From a virus (lineage: Duplodnaviria; Caudoviricetes): a DNA stretch of 24,820 nt. Positions 24,056-24,820 of the stretch are shown here, in pieces (position 1 is the first letter of the stretch; every line of letters begins with the position of its first letter). The stretch spans positions 1-24,820 of IMG/VR virus record IMGVR_UViG_3300035527_000019, one strand, 5' to 3'. The notes beneath the pieces are model-generated. The model was not told where the DNA came from. It made no database searches and worked only from the letters and a program-made list of their open reading frames with translations. A program made the translations under genes and the position numbers.

Positions 24056-24762
24056 AATACTATAAAGTACTAAAGAATGCTGGTAGTTGTATCTATGGCT
24101 CTGGAAAGTGGTATCTCCCCACTAAGTGCAAAGACGGTGCATGGAAGCCAGGTAAATGGATGCCAGAAATCAAGGGAGATCTGGAACCATGCGAGAACGG
24201 TTATCACCTGTGCCGACCGCAGGACCTTGTTCGTTGGTTAGACGAAGCTATCTATGAGGTTGAGTACGAGGGCGAACGCGTGGATGCTGACGATAAAATA
24301 GTCGTGCGTAAAGCACGCTTGCTGCGCAAGGTCGAATCATGGGATGAAAGAACGGCTAGATTGTTCGCTTGCGAGTGTGCCGAGCATGTGCTGCCTATCT
24401 TCGAGAAAGAATTTCCCAACGACGATAGACCGCGCAAAGCCATCGAAATCGCACGCAAGTTCGCCAATGGCAAGGCTACGAAAGACGAGTTAGATGCGGC
24501 TAGAGATGCGGCTTATGCTGCGGCTAGGGCTGCGGCTAGGGATGCGGCTTGGGATGCGGCTGGGAATGCGGCTTGGAATGCGGCTAGGGCTGCGGCTAGG
24601 GCTGCGGCTTGGGATGCGGCTGGGAATGCGGCTGGGGCTGCGGCTAGGGCTGCGGCTTGGGATGCGGCTGGGAATGCGGCTGGGGCTGCGGCTAGGGATG
24701 CGGCTTGGGATGCGGAACGCGAGTGGCAAACTCAAAATCTGTTTGAACTGATTGGAGAATAG
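24052..24762 (+). CDS. Phage protein with an Imm5-like helical domain and Ala-rich tetrapeptide repeats
   Basis: CENGYHLC N-domain, ARLFACECAEHVLPIFEKEFPNDDRPRKAIEIAR, then AA(W/R/G)(D/A/N) repeats. Confidence 0.8.
   Translation: MKYYKVLKNAGSCIYGSGKWYLPTKCKDGAWKPGKWMPEIKGDLEPCENGYHLCRPQDLVRWLDEAIYEVEYEGERVDADDKIVVRKARLLRKVESWDERTARLFACECAEHVLPIFEKEFPNDDRPRKAIEIARKFANGKATKDELDAARDAAYAAARAAARDAAWDAAGNAAWNAARAAARAAAWDAAGNAAGAAARAAAWDAAGNAAGAAARDAAWDAEREWQTQNLFELIGE
24494..24716 (+). repeat. Coding tandem repeat, 12-bp unit GCGGCT(A/T/G)GG(GAT/GCT/AAT)
   Basis: About 18 degenerate copies are visible. Confidence 0.9.
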
Positions 24763-24764
24763 AA

Positions 24765-24820
24765 ATGAAAAAGCTACGAGAATGGATCAGCGAGTGGATT
24801 GTGTTTATCGTCATGTCCGT
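24765..24820 (+). CDS. Hypothetical protein (partial)
   Basis: GGAG SD, MKKLREWISEWIVFIVMS..., runs off the right edge. Confidence 0.5.
   Translation, partial: MKKLREWISEWIVFIVMS

Noticed and set aside
24494-24716. Possible CRISPR array
   Set aside because: The units are contiguous 12-mers with no unique spacers, and they lie inside a CDS.
24490-24751. MRLG- and SRIP-repeat ORFs
   Set aside because: They are alternative frames of the 12-bp tandem repeat, open only because the unit lacks stops.
1-24820. Stop-codon reassignment, diversity-generating retroelement, integrase or lysis genes
   Set aside because: Genes tile densely in the standard code, and no reverse transcriptase, TR/VR pair, recombinase or lysin is recognisable in this window.

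Overview
The window is part of a tailed dsDNA phage genome with siphovirus-type morphogenesis genes. The minus strand from ~19.2 kb to the left edge carries the packaging, head and tail operon. In order it holds small terminase, a Pol-beta-type nucleotidyltransferase, intein-containing large terminase, DNA methyltransferase, portal, MuF-like protein, gp10-like neck protein, a protease-scaffold-capsid fusion, decoration-like proteins, adaptor, tail terminator, glycosyltransferase, major tail protein, frameshifted chaperones, tape measure and a large tail-tip protein. Region 19.28-20.06 kb is non-coding and densely structured. Region 20.1-24.8 kb holds small divergent early-type genes with near-consensus promoters. 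Main highlights: (1) the terminase intein encodes a zinc-ribbon/DUF559-type endonuclease as a separate overprinted gene in the +1 frame with its own Shine-Dalgarno; (2) a ~173-nt tRNA-like RNA whose anticodon arm is replaced by a ~120-nt domain, within a cluster of structured RNAs close to the nucleotidyltransferase gene; (3) a complete type II hammerhead ribozyme; (4) a recurring GACAC-S-GTGTC palindrome, anti-Shine-Dalgarno elements and GAAC-N4-GTTC (LexA-type) boxes. All calls come from motif recognition by eye and no searches were run. A Gram-positive-type or Chloroflexota host is only a guess.
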